DNA of 64,000 bases from Anaeramoeba ignava BMAN (lineage: Eukaryota; Protista; Anaeramoebae), in the NCBI GenBank assembly GCA_028826165.1, contig JAPDFW010000080.1:62001-126000 (forward strand), written 5' to 3'. The notes under the pieces are model-generated. The model was not told the DNA's origin. It searched no databases and saw only the letters and a list, made by a program, of their open reading frames with translations. Shown one piece after another: positions 12,384-28,500 of the stretch; within the stretch, counting starts at the first letter, position 1; the number at the start of each line of letters is the position of its first letter. The position numbers and the translations under genes were made by a program.

Positions 12384-15300
12384 ATGTCTTATCGTAAAAC
12401 TGTTTCTTATTATTATGATCCAGATTTTGGCAATTTTTATTATTCTTTTGGACACCCAATGAAACCACATCGAATTAGGATGACTCATAACTTAATTTTG
12501 AACTATGGGATTCACAAAAAAATGCATATTTTAGTATATTTTCTTTTTTAAAAAAAAAATTTTTTTTAAAGATTTTTATTTTGAGAATTAATTGATTATT
12601 AAGACCAAATTTATAAAATTATTTATAAGATTAGATATAAAATTATTTATAAAATTATTTATAAGATTAGATATAAAATTATTTATAAAATTAGATATAA
12701 AATTATTTATAAAATTAAATATAAAATTATTTATAAAATTATTTATAAAATTATTTATAAAATTATTTATAAAATTATTTATAAAATTATTTATAAAATT
12801 ATTTATAAAATTATTTATAAAATTAAATATAAAATTATTAATAAAATTAATTATAAAATTAATTATAAAATTAATTATAAAATTAAATATAAAATTATAT
12901 ATAAAATTATATATAAAATTAAATATAAAATTATTTATAAGATTATTTATAAAATTAATTATAAAATTATTTATAAAATTAATTATAAAATTAAATATAA
13001 AATTATTTATAAAATTAAATATAAAATTAATTATAAAATTATTTATAAAATTATTTATAAAATTATTTATAAAATTATTTATAAAATTATTTATAAAATT
13101 ATTTATAAAATTAAATATAAAATTATTTATAAAATTATTAATAAAATTAAATATAAAATTATTTATAAAATTAAATATAAAATTAAATATAAAATTATTT
13201 ATAAAATTATTTATAAAATTAAATATAAAATTATTTATAAAATTATTTATAACATTATTTATAAAATTATTTATAAAATTAATTATTAAATTAAATATAA
13301 AATTAATTATAAAATTATTTATAACATTATTTATAAAATTATTTATAAAATTAATTATAAAATTAAATATAAAATTATTTATAAAATTATATATTAAATT
13401 ATTTATAAAATTAATTATAAAATTAAATATAAAATTATTTATAAAATTAATTATAAAATTAATTATAAAATTATTTATAAAATTAATTATAAAATTATTT
13501 ATAAAATTATTTATAAAATTATTTATAAAATTATTTATAAAATTATTTATAAAATTAAATATAAAATTATTTATAAAATTATTTATAAAATTATTTATAA
13601 AATTAAATATAAAATTAAATATAAAATTATTTATAAAATTAAATATAAAATTATTTATAAAATTAAATATAAAATTATTTATAAAATTATATATAAAATT
13701 AAATATAAAATTATTTATAAAATTAAATATAAAATTATTTATAAAATTAATTATAAAATTATTAATAAAATTATTTATAAAATTAATTATAAAATTATTT
13801 ATAAAATTATTTATAAAATTATTTATAAAATTATTTATAAAATTATTAATAAAATTATTTATAAAATTAATTATAAAATTAATTATAAAATTATTTATAA
13901 AATTATTTATAAAATTAAATATAAAAATTAAATATAAAATTATTTATAAAATTATTTATAAAATTATTTATAAAATTAAATATAAAATTAAATATAAAAA
14001 TTAAATATAAAATTATTAATAAAATTAATTATAAAATTATATATAAAATTAATTATAAAATTAAATATAAAATTATTTATAAAATTATTTATAAAATTAT
14101 TTATAAAATTATTTATAAAATTAATTATAAAATTATTTATAAAATTATTTATAAAATTATTTATAAAATTAAATATAAAATTATTTATTAAATTATTTAT
14201 AAAATTAAATATAAAATTAAATATAAAATTAAATATAAAATTAATTATAAAATTAATTATAAAATTATTTATAAAATTAATTATTAAATTGATTATAAAA
14301 TTAAATATAAAATTATTTATAAAATTAATTATAAAATTAAATATAAAATTAAATATAAAATTAAATATAAAATTATTTATAAAATTAATTATAAAATTAA
14401 ATATAAAATTAAATATAAAATTATTTATAAAATTAAATATAAAATTAAATATAAAATTATTTATAAAATTAAATATAAAATTATTTATAAAATTAAATAT
14501 AAAATTAAATATAAAATTATTTATAAAATTAAATATAAAATTATTTATAAAATTATTTATAAAATTATTTATAAAATTATTAATAAAATTAAATATAAAA
14601 TTATTTATAAATTTATTTATAATATTATTTATTAAATTATTTATAAAATTATTTATTAAAATTATTTATAAAATTATTTATAAAATTATTTATAAAATTA
14701 TTTATAAAATTATTTATAAAATTATAAAAAAAAATGAATAAAAGCAACCAAGAAGAATCACGAGTTACGAAATGACCAAATTTCATGCAGACAACTACGT
14801 AAAATTTCTCGAAACAGTAACACCAGAAAACAAAGACGACTACATATCATATTTACAAAAATACAACGTTGGAGAAGACAGTCCAGTTTTTGATGGGATG
14901 TTCCAACTTTGTCAAATCTCAGCAGGAGGATCAGTATGCGCAGCACAAAGCCTAAACGAGAAAACAAGCGACATAGCAATCAACTGGGCTGGCGGCCTGC
15001 ACCACGCCAAACGTAGCGAGGCCTCAGGATTCTGTTACATAAATGACATCGTACTTGCAATCCTTGAGTTGCTCAAAGTTTACCAGCGCGTTCTTTATAT
15101 TGACATCGACATCCATCACGGAGATGGCGTAGAAGAAGCCTTTTACACAACGAACAGAGTGATGACTGTTAGCTTTCACAAGTATGGAGACTATTTTCCT
15201 GGGACCGGGAATATCAAAGACGTCGGACATGGCGACGGAAAATATTACGCAGTTAATTTCCCACTAAATGCTGGGATAGACGATGAGGGTTATGAAAGAA

Positions 15301-16097
15301 TCTTCCGGATAGTTATCAAGGACGTTATTGATTTCTATCGACCTGATGCAATCGTTATGCAATGCGGGGCTGATTCACTGACCGGAGACAGACTCGGTTG
15401 CTTCAACCTCACGCTGACAGGCCATGGAAATTGTGTCTCCTTTGTCAAAAGCTTTAATCTTCCCCTCCTCGTTCTCGGCGGCGGTGGGTACACTATCAGA
15501 AATGTTGCTAGGTGCTGGACTTATGAAACGTCTCTTCTTGTTGATGCTCAAATTCCTGAGGAACTCCCTTTCCATGACTACTATGATTATTACGGTCCTG
15601 ATTATTCCCTTAATTTGATCCCCACAAATATGAAGAACTACAATACCCTCGAGGATTTGGATAATATCCTTAGAGAGATCAGAGAAAATCTCCGTAATCT
15701 CCAACCCTCTCCTGGTGTCCAGAATATCGTCACACCTTCAAATTTATTCTCAGAACAAAATTCTCATCTTGATCTTGAATTGCAAAATTCTGATAAAAGA
15801 ATTCGCAAAAAAATTGATAATTCTTTTGTTGTTAAAAATGATGAAAATGAAGAGGATCTTGAAATTGATGATGGAAATTTCTCCCAAAATAATCATTTGA
15901 AAAATGATATCAATTTTTCTGAAAGTTTTCATAAAATGGAAGAAGAATTTGAGAAAAGTGAAGTTATTAATGAAGAAAAAGAGATGAAAACAGAAGCAAA
16001 AGATTTAGAAAATTCGCAAGATTCACAAGATTCTCAAGATTCTCAAGATTCAAAAGATTCAAAAGATTTGCAAGATTCAAAAGATCAAGTAAAATAA
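12384..16097 (+). CDS. HDAC: Class I histone deacetylase (Rpd3/HDAC1-3 family), 2 exons (12384-12533, 14745-16097), ~500 aa
   Basis: [15 protein letters not shown]; [10 protein letters not shown]; SGFCYIND; [15 protein letters not shown]; QCGADSL; [15 protein letters not shown]; phase-0 GT-AG intron 12534-14744. Confidence 0.96.
12610..14725. repeat. 12-bp satellite (ataaaattattt/ataaaattaaat)n filling the 2.2-kb HDAC intron
   Basis: Directly visible; source of the spurious IKLF ORFs. Confidence 0.95.
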
Positions 16098-16464
16098 TTT
16101 TAATTTTAATTTTAATTTTATTTATTTTATTTATTAATTTTATTTTATTTATTAATTTTAGAATATCGTTTCTGATGAGATTAAATTAAATCAACAAAAT
16201 ATGAATCAACAAATTAAAAGAATTAAAACAAATAAAACAAATCAAAATTCCAATAATAATTAAAAAAGAAAAAATTTAAAAAATTTAAAAGCTTTCTTTC
16301 TCAATTAATAAAAAAAATCAAAAAAAAAAAATAAATAAATTTGTTTTTGTTTTTGTTTCCATTTGAATTTAATTATGAAAGAAAAAGAAAAAGAAAAAGA
16401 AAAAGAAAAAGAAAAAAATTGATTGATTTTGTTTGAAAAGCAAAAAAAAAAAAAAAAAATTGCT

Positions 16465-17777
<1,313 letters not shown>

Positions 17778-18082
17778 TTTATTTGCTATTTAAAAAAATA
17801 AAAAAAATAAAAAAAAAAATAAAAAAAAGCAAAAAATTTTAATAAATAAAAAAAAGCAAAAAATTTATTATTAATTATTTAATATAAAAATTACTTTAAT
17901 AACAAAAGAAAAAAAATGAAAAAAAAAATATTAAAAAAAAAATTTTTTTTCTTTTCTTTTTTTTTTATTTTTCTTCTTTTTTATTTTTTTCTCCTTTTTT
18001 ATTTATTTTTTTTTTAATTAAAAATTTTTTTTCATTTTTTTTTTTAATTTTCATTTTATTTTTTTATTTTCCTCATTTTCTA
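17778..18082. promoter_or_regulatory. Probable bidirectional promoter between GAPDH and HPS3-like
   Basis: Divergent ATGs 305 bp apart; poly-A to poly-T switch near 17942. Confidence 0.5.
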
Positions 18083-21000
18083 ATGAGTTCTTTTTTAATT
18101 TTTGATGGACAAAATATTCTTAATACTTCAAATGAACCATTAACTTTAATGGCAACTCCATTAAATCTATTATTTGTTTCAACAAAACAAAAAACAATTG
18201 AAATTTACTCTCTTGGGAATGCTTGTAATATTTTAGGATCATTTTCAACTGTTGGTCCTGTTATTTCTCTTCATTATATTTATAACTAGTTTGTCTCTCT
18301 TTATTTTTTTTACCGAAATATTATTTTACCTAATTTAATCAATCAATCCAAAAATAAATTCAAAATTATATTCAAAATTAAATTTAATATTATATTCAAT
18401 ATTATATCCAAAATTATATTCAATATTATATTCAATATTATATTCAATATTATATTCAATATTATATTCAATATTATATTCAATATTATATTCAAAATTA
18501 TATTCAATATTATATTCAATATTATATTCAATATTATATTCAAAATTATATTTAAAATTAAATTTAAAATTATATTCAATATTATATTTAATATTATATT
18601 CAATATTATATTCAAAATTATATTCAAAATTCAAAATTCAAAATTCAATATTATATTTAATATTATATTCAATATTATATTCAATATTATATTCAAAATT
18701 ATATTCAATATTATATTCAAAATTATATTCAATATTATATTCAATATTATATTCAATATTATATTCAATATTATATTCAATATTATATTCAAAATTAAAT
18801 TCAATATATTATATTTAAAAATTATATTTAAAAATTATATTCAAAATTATATTCAAAATTATATTCAATATTATATTCAATATTATATTCAATATTATAT
18901 TCAATATTATATTCAATATTATATTCAAAAATTATATTTAAAATTATATTCAAAATCATATTCAATATTATATTCAATATTATATTTAATAATATATTCA
19001 ATATTATATTCAATATTATATTCAAAATTATATTCAAAAATTATATTCAATATAATATTCAATATATTATTCAAAATTATATTTAATATTATATTCAATA
19101 TTATATTCAATATTATATTCAATATTATATTTAATATTATATTTAATATTATATTCAATATTATATTCAAAATTATATTTAATATTATATTTAATATTAT
19201 ATTTAATATTATATTCAATATTATATTCAAAAATTATATTCAATATTATATTTAATTTATTATATTTAATATTATATTCAATATTATATTCAAAATTATA
19301 TTCAATATTATATTCAATATTATATTCAAAAATTATATTCAATATTATATTCAATATTACATTCAATATTATATTCAATATTATATTCAATATTATATTC
19401 AATATTATATTTAATATTATATTTAATATTATATTCAATATTATATTCAATATTAAATTCAAAATTCAATTCAATATTATATTCAAAATTATATTCAATA
19501 TTATATTTAATATTATATATTTAATATTATATTTAAAATTATATTCAATATTAAATTTAAAATTATATTCAATATTAAATTCAATATTAAATTCAATATT
19601 ATATTTAAAATTATATTTAATATTAAATTCAAAATTATATTCAATATTATATTCAAAAATTATATTCAATATTATATTTAATATTATATTCAATATTATA
19701 TTCAATATTATATTCAATATTATATTCAATATTATATTCAATATTATATTCAATATTATATTCAATATTATATTCAATATTATATTCAAAATTATATTCA
19801 ATATTATATTCAATATTATATTCAATATTATATTCAAAATTATATTCAAAATTATATTCATTCAATATTATATTCAATATTATATTCAGTATTATATTCA
19901 ATATTATATTCAATATTATATTCAATATTATATTCAATATTATATTCAATATTATATTCAATATTATATTCAATATTATATTCAATATTATATTATTCAA
20001 TTATATATTTAATATATTTAATATTCAATATTATATATATTTAATATTATATTCAAAATTATATTCAAAATTCAATATTATATTCAATATTATATTCAAT
20101 ATTATATTCAATATTAAATTCAATATTATATTCAATATTATATTCAAAAATAAATTCAAAAATTATATTCAATATTATATCCAAAATTATATTCAATATT
20201 ATATTTAAAAATTATATTCAATATTATATTCAATATTATATTCAAAATTATATTCAATATTATATCCAAAAATTATATTCAATATTATATCCAAAAATCA
20301 TATTCAAAATTATATTCAATATTATATTCAATATTATATTCAATATTATATTCAATATTATATTCAATATTATATTTAATATTATATTCAATATTATATT
20401 CAATATTATATTCAATATTATATTCAATATTCAATATTATATTCAATATTATATTCAATATTATATTTAATATTATATTTAATATTATATTCAATATTAC
20501 ATTCAATATTATATTTAAAATTATATTTAATATTATATTCAATATTACATTCAATATTATATTTAAAATTATATTTAATATTATATTCAATATTATATTC
20601 AAAATTATATTCAATATTATATTCAAAAATAAATTCAAAAATAAATCCAAAACTATATTCAATATTATATTTAATATTATATTCAATATTATATTTAATA
20701 TTATATTCAATATTATATTTAATATTATATTCAATATTATATTCAATATTATATTCAAAATTCAATATTATATTTAAAATTAAATTCAAAAATAAATTCA
20801 AAATTCAAAATTAAATTTAAAATTAAAAATTTAAAATTAAATTTAAAGTGTCCTCGCAATAGAAGAACAATCACTAAATTCATTCAACATCCGAATCTAC
20901 ACAGGATGGTTAAACGTTCTACTCAACAAAAACACACGAGGAAAAGATCCAAAAAACGAATTACCTGACAAACCTATAGAAACAGGATTTGCAGAAATAA

Positions 21001-24000
21001 CAATGCAACCAGAAAAAAGAAACGAATTACGTGTATTAACACACGAAACAAAAATAACAAGCAAAGAAATATCAGTATGTCCACAAACAAAACAAATAGC
21101 AACAATAAGAGGGGGAGATATTGTTGTGTGGAAAATATTCCAAGACATCCCAATCCTGATAAAAATGTACACTGTTCACACAGGAATGCAACTGGAACAT
21201 TTGTCGATTTTTGGGAGTCATTTAGCCTTTTCATCAGCAAACGAATTGCGAGTGATTTTAGTCGGGTTTTCAAGACCTAATGAAGATGAAGAAACAGAAA
21301 CACAATCAACACCTGGGTTTTGGTCTCCCAGAGAAAGTTATTCATTATACAACGCGGATGTTGATCTCGACGATCCGTCAATTATTTCCGAACAACAAAT
21401 GTGCCATCTCGGACGCGACTTGACACAAAACTTGGAGGAGTTTATTCTACTCGGTCCATTCAGAGATGTTTATCACGCTATTACCCCTGAATGCGATTCG
21501 GTCGAACTACTCTGCTCAGATTTTATCGATCCAATCATCGCCTCTTATTTAGTCTCTCAACAATCAAATACCCAAAAATGCTCCCAATTTAAACCCCCCT
21601 ATTTTTCAAGAATTCGCGCATCAAGTGCTTTTATTGTCCACAAAAATTTCGAATGCGAAGAGAACAAAATCATTAGCAATGTTCTTCTTGTTCCTGATTT
21701 CTCAGCCCTTAAAATGCCACGCTCTTGGCGTGATAGCGCTGAAACAAACCACGAAATCACATCGCAAATAAACACAAAACAAACCCCTAAAAAAGATACT
21801 TGGAAAAATAACACAAATTCTCATCCAAATAATTCATTCGAACAAAACTTATTTGAAGCAAAAAATTTTTTCGATAAGCAAAATACTCATTCTCATCCCG
21901 AATTGATTACAACAATTTTAGATGAAGATCTTGATATCGACCGACAAAGAAAACTCGAGATAATCCGATCTTCAGATGATTCTGGGTTGCGGTGTTTGGT
22001 CACATACGGACGCACAGGATTGCTGTTTGGATTAAAAACACCGCGGGAAATTGCAGAGTATGAATTTCACGCAGACCCATTGCTTGTAGCTGCAAGTATG
22101 TCGATGTTGTATGTATTTCTAGGGAACACACTTGAGATCTGGACACTTCCGCCATCGGATTTTTCATATAGTTTAGGAGCATCGCCAAGACTTCTTGGAA
22201 CCAAAAACTTCTTCGGAATCTTCTGCATTGCTCACTCTGCAGATCATTTGGTTCTTCTCACAAAACTTGCTGATTCCGACGATCTATCTTTTCGCTATGC
22301 TCCCCATTTACTTCTTTCCGATGTCCAGATGTCTATTCCAACTCGATCACTATCTATGGGCGCTGATATGCAATCACGACCCATCCGCATTTCCAAAAAG
22401 AAAGCGGACAAAAAAACGGTTGAAAAAAACCGTAAAAACACAACCAAAAATGTAAATCAAATCTCAGCCTCTTGGAATATTTATGTTCTTCACAAAACAA
22501 GCATCGCAATGCTTTATTCCGAGATCATGAAAGATGCTTATCCGCGAGACACATCCCAAATGGATCTGCGGCGCGCTGTTGACGGTCATCTTCTTCTCTC
22601 AGGATCTCTAACCGAATTATTGCGCGAAGATGATTTTCTTAATGATACATTGATAAGACAGCAAATGTTGACCCAAATGGGCGATTCCTTTATGAAAAGT
22701 AACTCAACAGTCACTTCGCTTTATCATCACAACCAACATCCTTTAATCGAAGAACAGAAAAAGTTCCAAGTAACAAAAGCAGTCAGTTTCCACGAGCAAT
22801 TCCTAACTGGGAGAACATCAAGCCCCAAAAATAACATTCCAATCGAAATTTCTGTTGTTGATGACAGCGATAACGAACTTTCTGCTGAATTGTTCAATTT
22901 TCTCAGCGACACAAAAATCAATCTTCTTGCTGAAGAAAGGATCATATCATACATCTCCTCTCTTCTCCGCAAGTCCTTTACTGTCTTGGCAAATCTCATG
23001 CTTTCAAGAAATCGTTTTGAAGACGCAGTCAATTTTTACTGTTTTTCAGATTGCCCTGTTCGCGAGGCAACTCGAGCCCTATTAAGCAACGAAGTCCCAC
23101 AAAATCTTCTTCCTCGTTATTTCCACACTGTTATATTTAGTCCAAATTTTTTCGGTGAATTCGATTCAGAAGACGAAGAAACAGGTAACTTGATCTTGAA
23201 AATATTCGCCAGACATTCTCCTGAAAATTTGCCTTCATTGATTCTCGGCGGTTGTTTACAGACCTTCAATCCTTCCAGCGCTATTCTTCTTCTCCGTAAA
23301 ACTCTCTCTTTGATTCCTTATTCTCGTCCTGATAAAAGAGCTCCTAATTTAATTGCTCAATGCTTACTTCTTTTGGGAACTGGTGATCTTCCTAGTGCCG
23401 CTCTTTTATTTCGTTCTATAGATCCCTTCTTTCTTATCCATTTTTGTATATCTAATCCTAGAATTTTATATCCTTATAGATCTATTTTTAAGGAAGTTGA
23501 AGATCCTATTTTGATTGAAGTTCAAAATCATCTTAAGCATGTTAAAAGGATGAAAAGAAGGAAGCAAAAAAATAAGAAAAAGAATCAAACAAATCAAAAT
23601 CAAAATCAAAAAAATAAGAATCAAAAAAATCCGAAAAAGAATCAAACAAATCAAAATCAAAATAAAAATCAAAAAAAGAACCAAACAAATAAAAATCCAA
23701 AAAAGAATCAAACAAACAAAGAAAACAAAGAAAACAAAGAAAATCAAAACAAAGAAAACAAAGGAAACAAAAAAAACAAAGAAAACAAAGAAAACAAAGA
23801 AAATCAAAACAAAGAAAACAAAGAAAACAAAAAAAACAAAAAAAATCAAAACAAAGAAAATCAAAACAAAAAAAACAAAGAAAATCAAAACAAAAAAAAT
23901 AAAGAAAATCAAAACAAAGAAAACAAAGAAAATCAAAACAAAATCAACAAAGATCCTGACAACTATTCTCAAACTATTTCTGATTATTGGGAAAATAGTT

Positions 24001-25427
24001 CAACTACAGAATCTAGAGATGGTTCTCTTTCTCTTGATGATTCTTTTGCAAATCTTCCTTCTATTGGAAGAATTTTACGTACAATTTTACCTTCTTATTT
24101 AGTTCAAATTTTAATTAATTTATATGATCAAATTTCTGTAGAAAAGGCTCTTTTATTACTTGATGCAAGTGAAAAGATACCAGAAATGTTATTAGGAATT
24201 AATTCAATGGATTTCAAAAATCAAAATCAAAATCAAAATCAAAATCAAAATCAAAATCAAAATCAAAATCAAAATCAAAATCAAAATCAAAATGAAAATA
24301 ATCAAAATCAAATTGAAAATCAAATTGAAAATCAAAATCAAAATCAAATTGAAAATCAAAATGAAAATCAAATTGAAAATGAAAATTTAAATCAAAATGA
24401 AAATCAAAATGAAAATGAAAATCAAAATCAAAATCAAAATCAAAATCAAAATGAAAATTCAGAAAAAAATTCCATTTTTGATTCTTCAGAACAAAATATA
24501 TTAACCCAAAATTATTTGGAAGGTTTAATATTTAATGTTCTTCTCAAAATTAAACACCAAAAAACTCATAATCTTCTTCAAAATGATCTTGAAAATGCAG
24601 CACTTATTCTATTAGAATTTTACTTAGATCAAATTCAAGAATCCCTTCAAAATTCAGAAAACTTTTTCCCAATTCTAAATTTTGATGAAATTTTTCAAGA
24701 AATTGAACCATTAGAAAAATGGATTCAAATATCAAACAATCAAAATTTGAATATAAATAAAGAAGAAAAAGAAGAAAAAGAAGAAAATAAACAAAAATAT
24801 ATTTTCTCTTTAATTCTTAGAATGCAAACAATTTTAAGTCAGTTTCAATTTACAAAAAATTTCGCAGAACAAATTATCACAAAAATTAATGAAACAAAAA
24901 AATTTCCAGGAAAAGAAACACTTCAATTATTATGTTTACCTCAAGCAGAAAGACTTGACGAAGCAATTTCTTTAATTTTATCAACATCTCCAAATTTAAT
25001 TAAACGTTATTTCGTTTATTTATCAAATAAAAATTTTGATTGGCAAATTCTTCTTGAATCACTTTGTTTATCAATTAAAAATCTCAAAATTGATTCAAAA
25101 TCAAATCAAAATGAAAATCAAAATGAAAATCAAAATCAAAATGAAAATCAAAATGAAAATCAAAATCATAATGAAAATCAAAATCAAAATCAAAATCAAA
25201 ATCAACTTGAATTCTTAAAATTAGTTCATCATCAATTTATTAAGATTGTGGAATATCTTCTTTCTATTTTTTCTCATCAAAAATTTTTGGAAATTATTCC
25301 TCCTTCTGGAAATGTTTTCTTTTTCTTACCTTTTATTAATCGAGCTTTTGTTCGTGAATTTTCTAATGAAGTTAATAATACAATTATTAAAGAAACTCAA
25401 TTTATGGAAAAAATTCGAAAATTGTAA
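18083..25427 (+). CDS. HPS3: HPS3-like BLOC-2 complex subunit, 2 exons (18083-18288, 20849-25427), ~1594 aa
   Basis: Spliced N-terminus reads FSTVGPVISLHYIYNYVLAIEEQ..IRIYTGW, matching the HPS3 N-terminal pattern (FSTLGRV..Y..DYLVAIEE..RAYVNW) as I recall it; later LEIWTLP and SWNIYVL segments; helical C-terminus; phase-2 GT-AG intron 18289-20848. Confidence 0.7.
18350..20840. repeat. 12-bp satellite (aatattatattc)n filling the 2.56-kb HPS3 intron
   Basis: Directly visible; source of the spurious NIIL/EYNI ORFs. Confidence 0.95.
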
Positions 25428-25599
25428 TTTAAAAACCATAAAAAATTAATATCAACAAAAAGAGTTTTTTCAATTTTTTTTTTGATAGTTTTAGTTATTC
25501 TTTTTTTGAAATAAAGATTTTAATTTTAATTTTAATTTTAATTTTAATTTTAATTTTAATTTTAATTTTCATAAATGAATTTTAATTCCAATTTAATTT

Positions 25600-28500
25600 T
25601 CACTTCTTTTTTGCTAAATAATTTGATGCAATTTTATCTTTATAATAAGCTCTTAATCGAAGAATTCGAAATGAAAAATTTGCAGTTGACATTTCTTCTA
25701 CTTTTTCTTCAACATTTTGAGATTGAGCAATTCTGAGAAATTGAGGAGAATCAGATTTAGAAATTTCAAAAATTTCAATTAAATTCTGAGTTTTATTCTG
25801 AAACAAACTAACAAATAGATCAAAAACAGCACGATTTTTATCAATCTTATTTTTAGCTAAACCATCACCATCTGCATAAAAAAAATCATCAATAATTGCG
25901 ACCATTTTTTGCACAATTAAAATATCTGAAGGTTGATGTGAAAACTTGATTTTTTTTGAATCTGGAGATTCTTTCAAATCACAACTAAATGGAAGAACTG
26001 CGTTAATTATTGAATTTATAACGCATTTGTGGATCATTTGAATGAGAACCAAAAACACTGAATAGTATAAATTATCCATTAAAACCGCAAGTTGTTTATC
26101 AAGATACAGAAGCAATTCTGCAAGAATATCATTCAAATAATCTTCATCAGTTTCTTTATTTTCTTCTTTTCCTTTATTTTTTTCTTCTTTTCCTTTCTTT
26201 CCTTTTAGTTTTGGCAAAATGCTAAAAATACTTGTTGATTGATTTTGATTCTGATTTGGATGCTGTTTTAAATAATGCTTTTCAAATACTAAATTGATTC
26301 CAACTTGAATTTCTGCTTCAATTGCGATTTTGATTTTGGTTACAAGATCGGATAATTTTTTCTTCATATCCTGAATATGTTTTGAAAGAGAAATATCAAA
26401 TTGATTCATTTGATTTGAATCTCTTGGCGGATCTTGTTCAAGTTCATCAATTTTTTCTTCGATTTTTTGGTAAAACTCATTCAAATAAATACGTGCTTTT
26501 TCAATATTATTCACAAGAATGCAAAGTTTTTCTGTCAAACTAAATGTTTTTCTTGTTTTGGAAACAACTTTTTCAAATTTATTTTCTTTTTGTGCTTCAG
26601 TTATACTTAATTGACTCTCCACTTTCTTGAAATTTTCTTCTGCATAAAATTGGATAAGCTCAGAAATGTTTTCTGTAAATATTGTAAGGATGCTAAAAAA
26701 ATTACTTTCTTTCCATTTCAAGCCTTCCAAAAATTCTAGAGATTGATAAATTGCACTACAATAAAGAAGAAACAAAATTGAAAAGTAAATTGTTTAATTT
26801 GTTTAATTTTTTTGTTTAATTAATTTGTTTAATTTCTTTGTTTAATTTTTGTTTAATTTTTGTTTAATTTAATTTTGTTTTGTTAATTAATTTGTTTAAT
26901 TTCTTTGTTTAATTTAATTGTTTAATTTATTTGTTTAATTTGTTTAATTTAATTGTTTAATTTAATTGTTTAATTTAATTGTTTAATTGTTGTTTAATTT
27001 TTGTTTAATTTAATTGTTTAATTTATTTGCTTAATTTAATTGTTTAATTTATTTGTTTAATTTTTGTTAATTTATTTGTTTAATTTGTTTAATTTGTTTA
27101 ATTTAATTGTTTTGTTTAATTTCTTTGCTTTACGTGAAAACATCAACAATAGAAACACTGTGTGGATTTTCTGCTGTTATTTTCTCTAAAGGATCCATTT
27201 TCACTGTTCTTTTAATCCATTCAATTAATTTCTCTTTTGATTCCGAAATCCATAATTTAACTGAATCGAAAAATAATTCTGCTACTGGAATGGGTTTAAG
27301 TTTCGGTTCTCCAATATCAAGAAGGGAAATTGCTTCATTCAAATCTCGTAATTTTGCATATAGCTCAAAAACAACCAAAAGATTAGTTCGTTTTGATTCA
27401 AGTGCCTTTTTGATTTTGGGAATAATTAGATTGAGATAATTTTCAGCAAAAATTCGAATTAATGGAAACTTTGCTGGAAAAATTTCTCCTTTCGGGAAAT
27501 AAGTATCTAAAAATGCAAGATCTCTTATCATTAACGAAACACAGTGAACCATTTTCGCGACTCGATTTGTGGCTGTTTGCGATACTTTTCTTTTTCTTTT
27601 CATTTTTATGCTTTGTTTTTGATTTTGGTTTTGTTTTTGCTTTATATTTTGCTTTTGCTTTATATTTTGTTTTTCATTTTGTTTTTGTTTTATATTTTGC
27701 TTTTGATTATTCTCTTTTGATGTGTTGTAAATATTTTCAATGTTGTCGACACTTTGTTGAATAATTTCATCGTCTTTAATTGAAATATGCTCAAAATCCA
27801 TTAAATTTGAATCCAAAATTCCTTTTATATTATCTTTTGTTTTTTCCAAAATTTCCTTTGTTTCTTCTTTTATATCTTCCTTTAATTTTTCTTTCGGTTT
27901 CTCGTTTAATTTTTCTTTTGATTCCTGTTGTGGTTTTGGTGAATAACTTGCTATAATAACTTGGAAATTATATAAAACCCCTTTTGAAATGATCTTTTCG
28001 AGATGTGAAATGTAATTTTTCTTCTCATCTTTTTTCGTCAATTCCCAAATAATTTCATAAACTTTCATGATGAGTTGCAAATGATGTTCAGGTTGATTTT
28101 TGGGATAAAATTGAGAGAAATGTGTAACAATTAACTTCAAATCTTTCTTAAAAGTCTTCAAAATTGATATGAAATATTCCTTTTCATTTTTTCGGAACTT
28201 TAACATATGCTTTCCTTTATAGATTTGAATCAAAAACCCAAGTAAATGAAACACCTCTCTTTTGATTTGTTCATGAATATTGAAATTTTCCACAAGAAAG
28301 TGGAAATAAACTAAATAAAAAAACGGTTCTTCAATTTGGTATTGGAAGCAATAATCAAAAATGAATTTTTGTAATTCTGGAGAAATGAATAGTAAGATAT
28401 TTGATGGAATATTAGGATATAAACAAGAAGCATCTGATTTATATTTCATGTCCATCGAAATCTGGTGTTCTTGATTAGAAAAATATTCAATTTCAATTTG

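Noticed and set aside
12592-14741. Long IKLF-repeat ORFs (470 aa and 150 aa)
   Set aside because: They are translations of the 12-bp satellite inside the HDAC intron, and the frame breaks at indels
18287-18289. Apparent in-frame TAG in HPS3 suggesting stop-codon reassignment
   Set aside because: The G is the first intron base; splicing gives TAT (Tyr), and other genes end in normal stops
18335-20801. NIIL/EYNI ORFs on the minus strand
   Set aside because: Antisense readings of the HPS3 intron satellite
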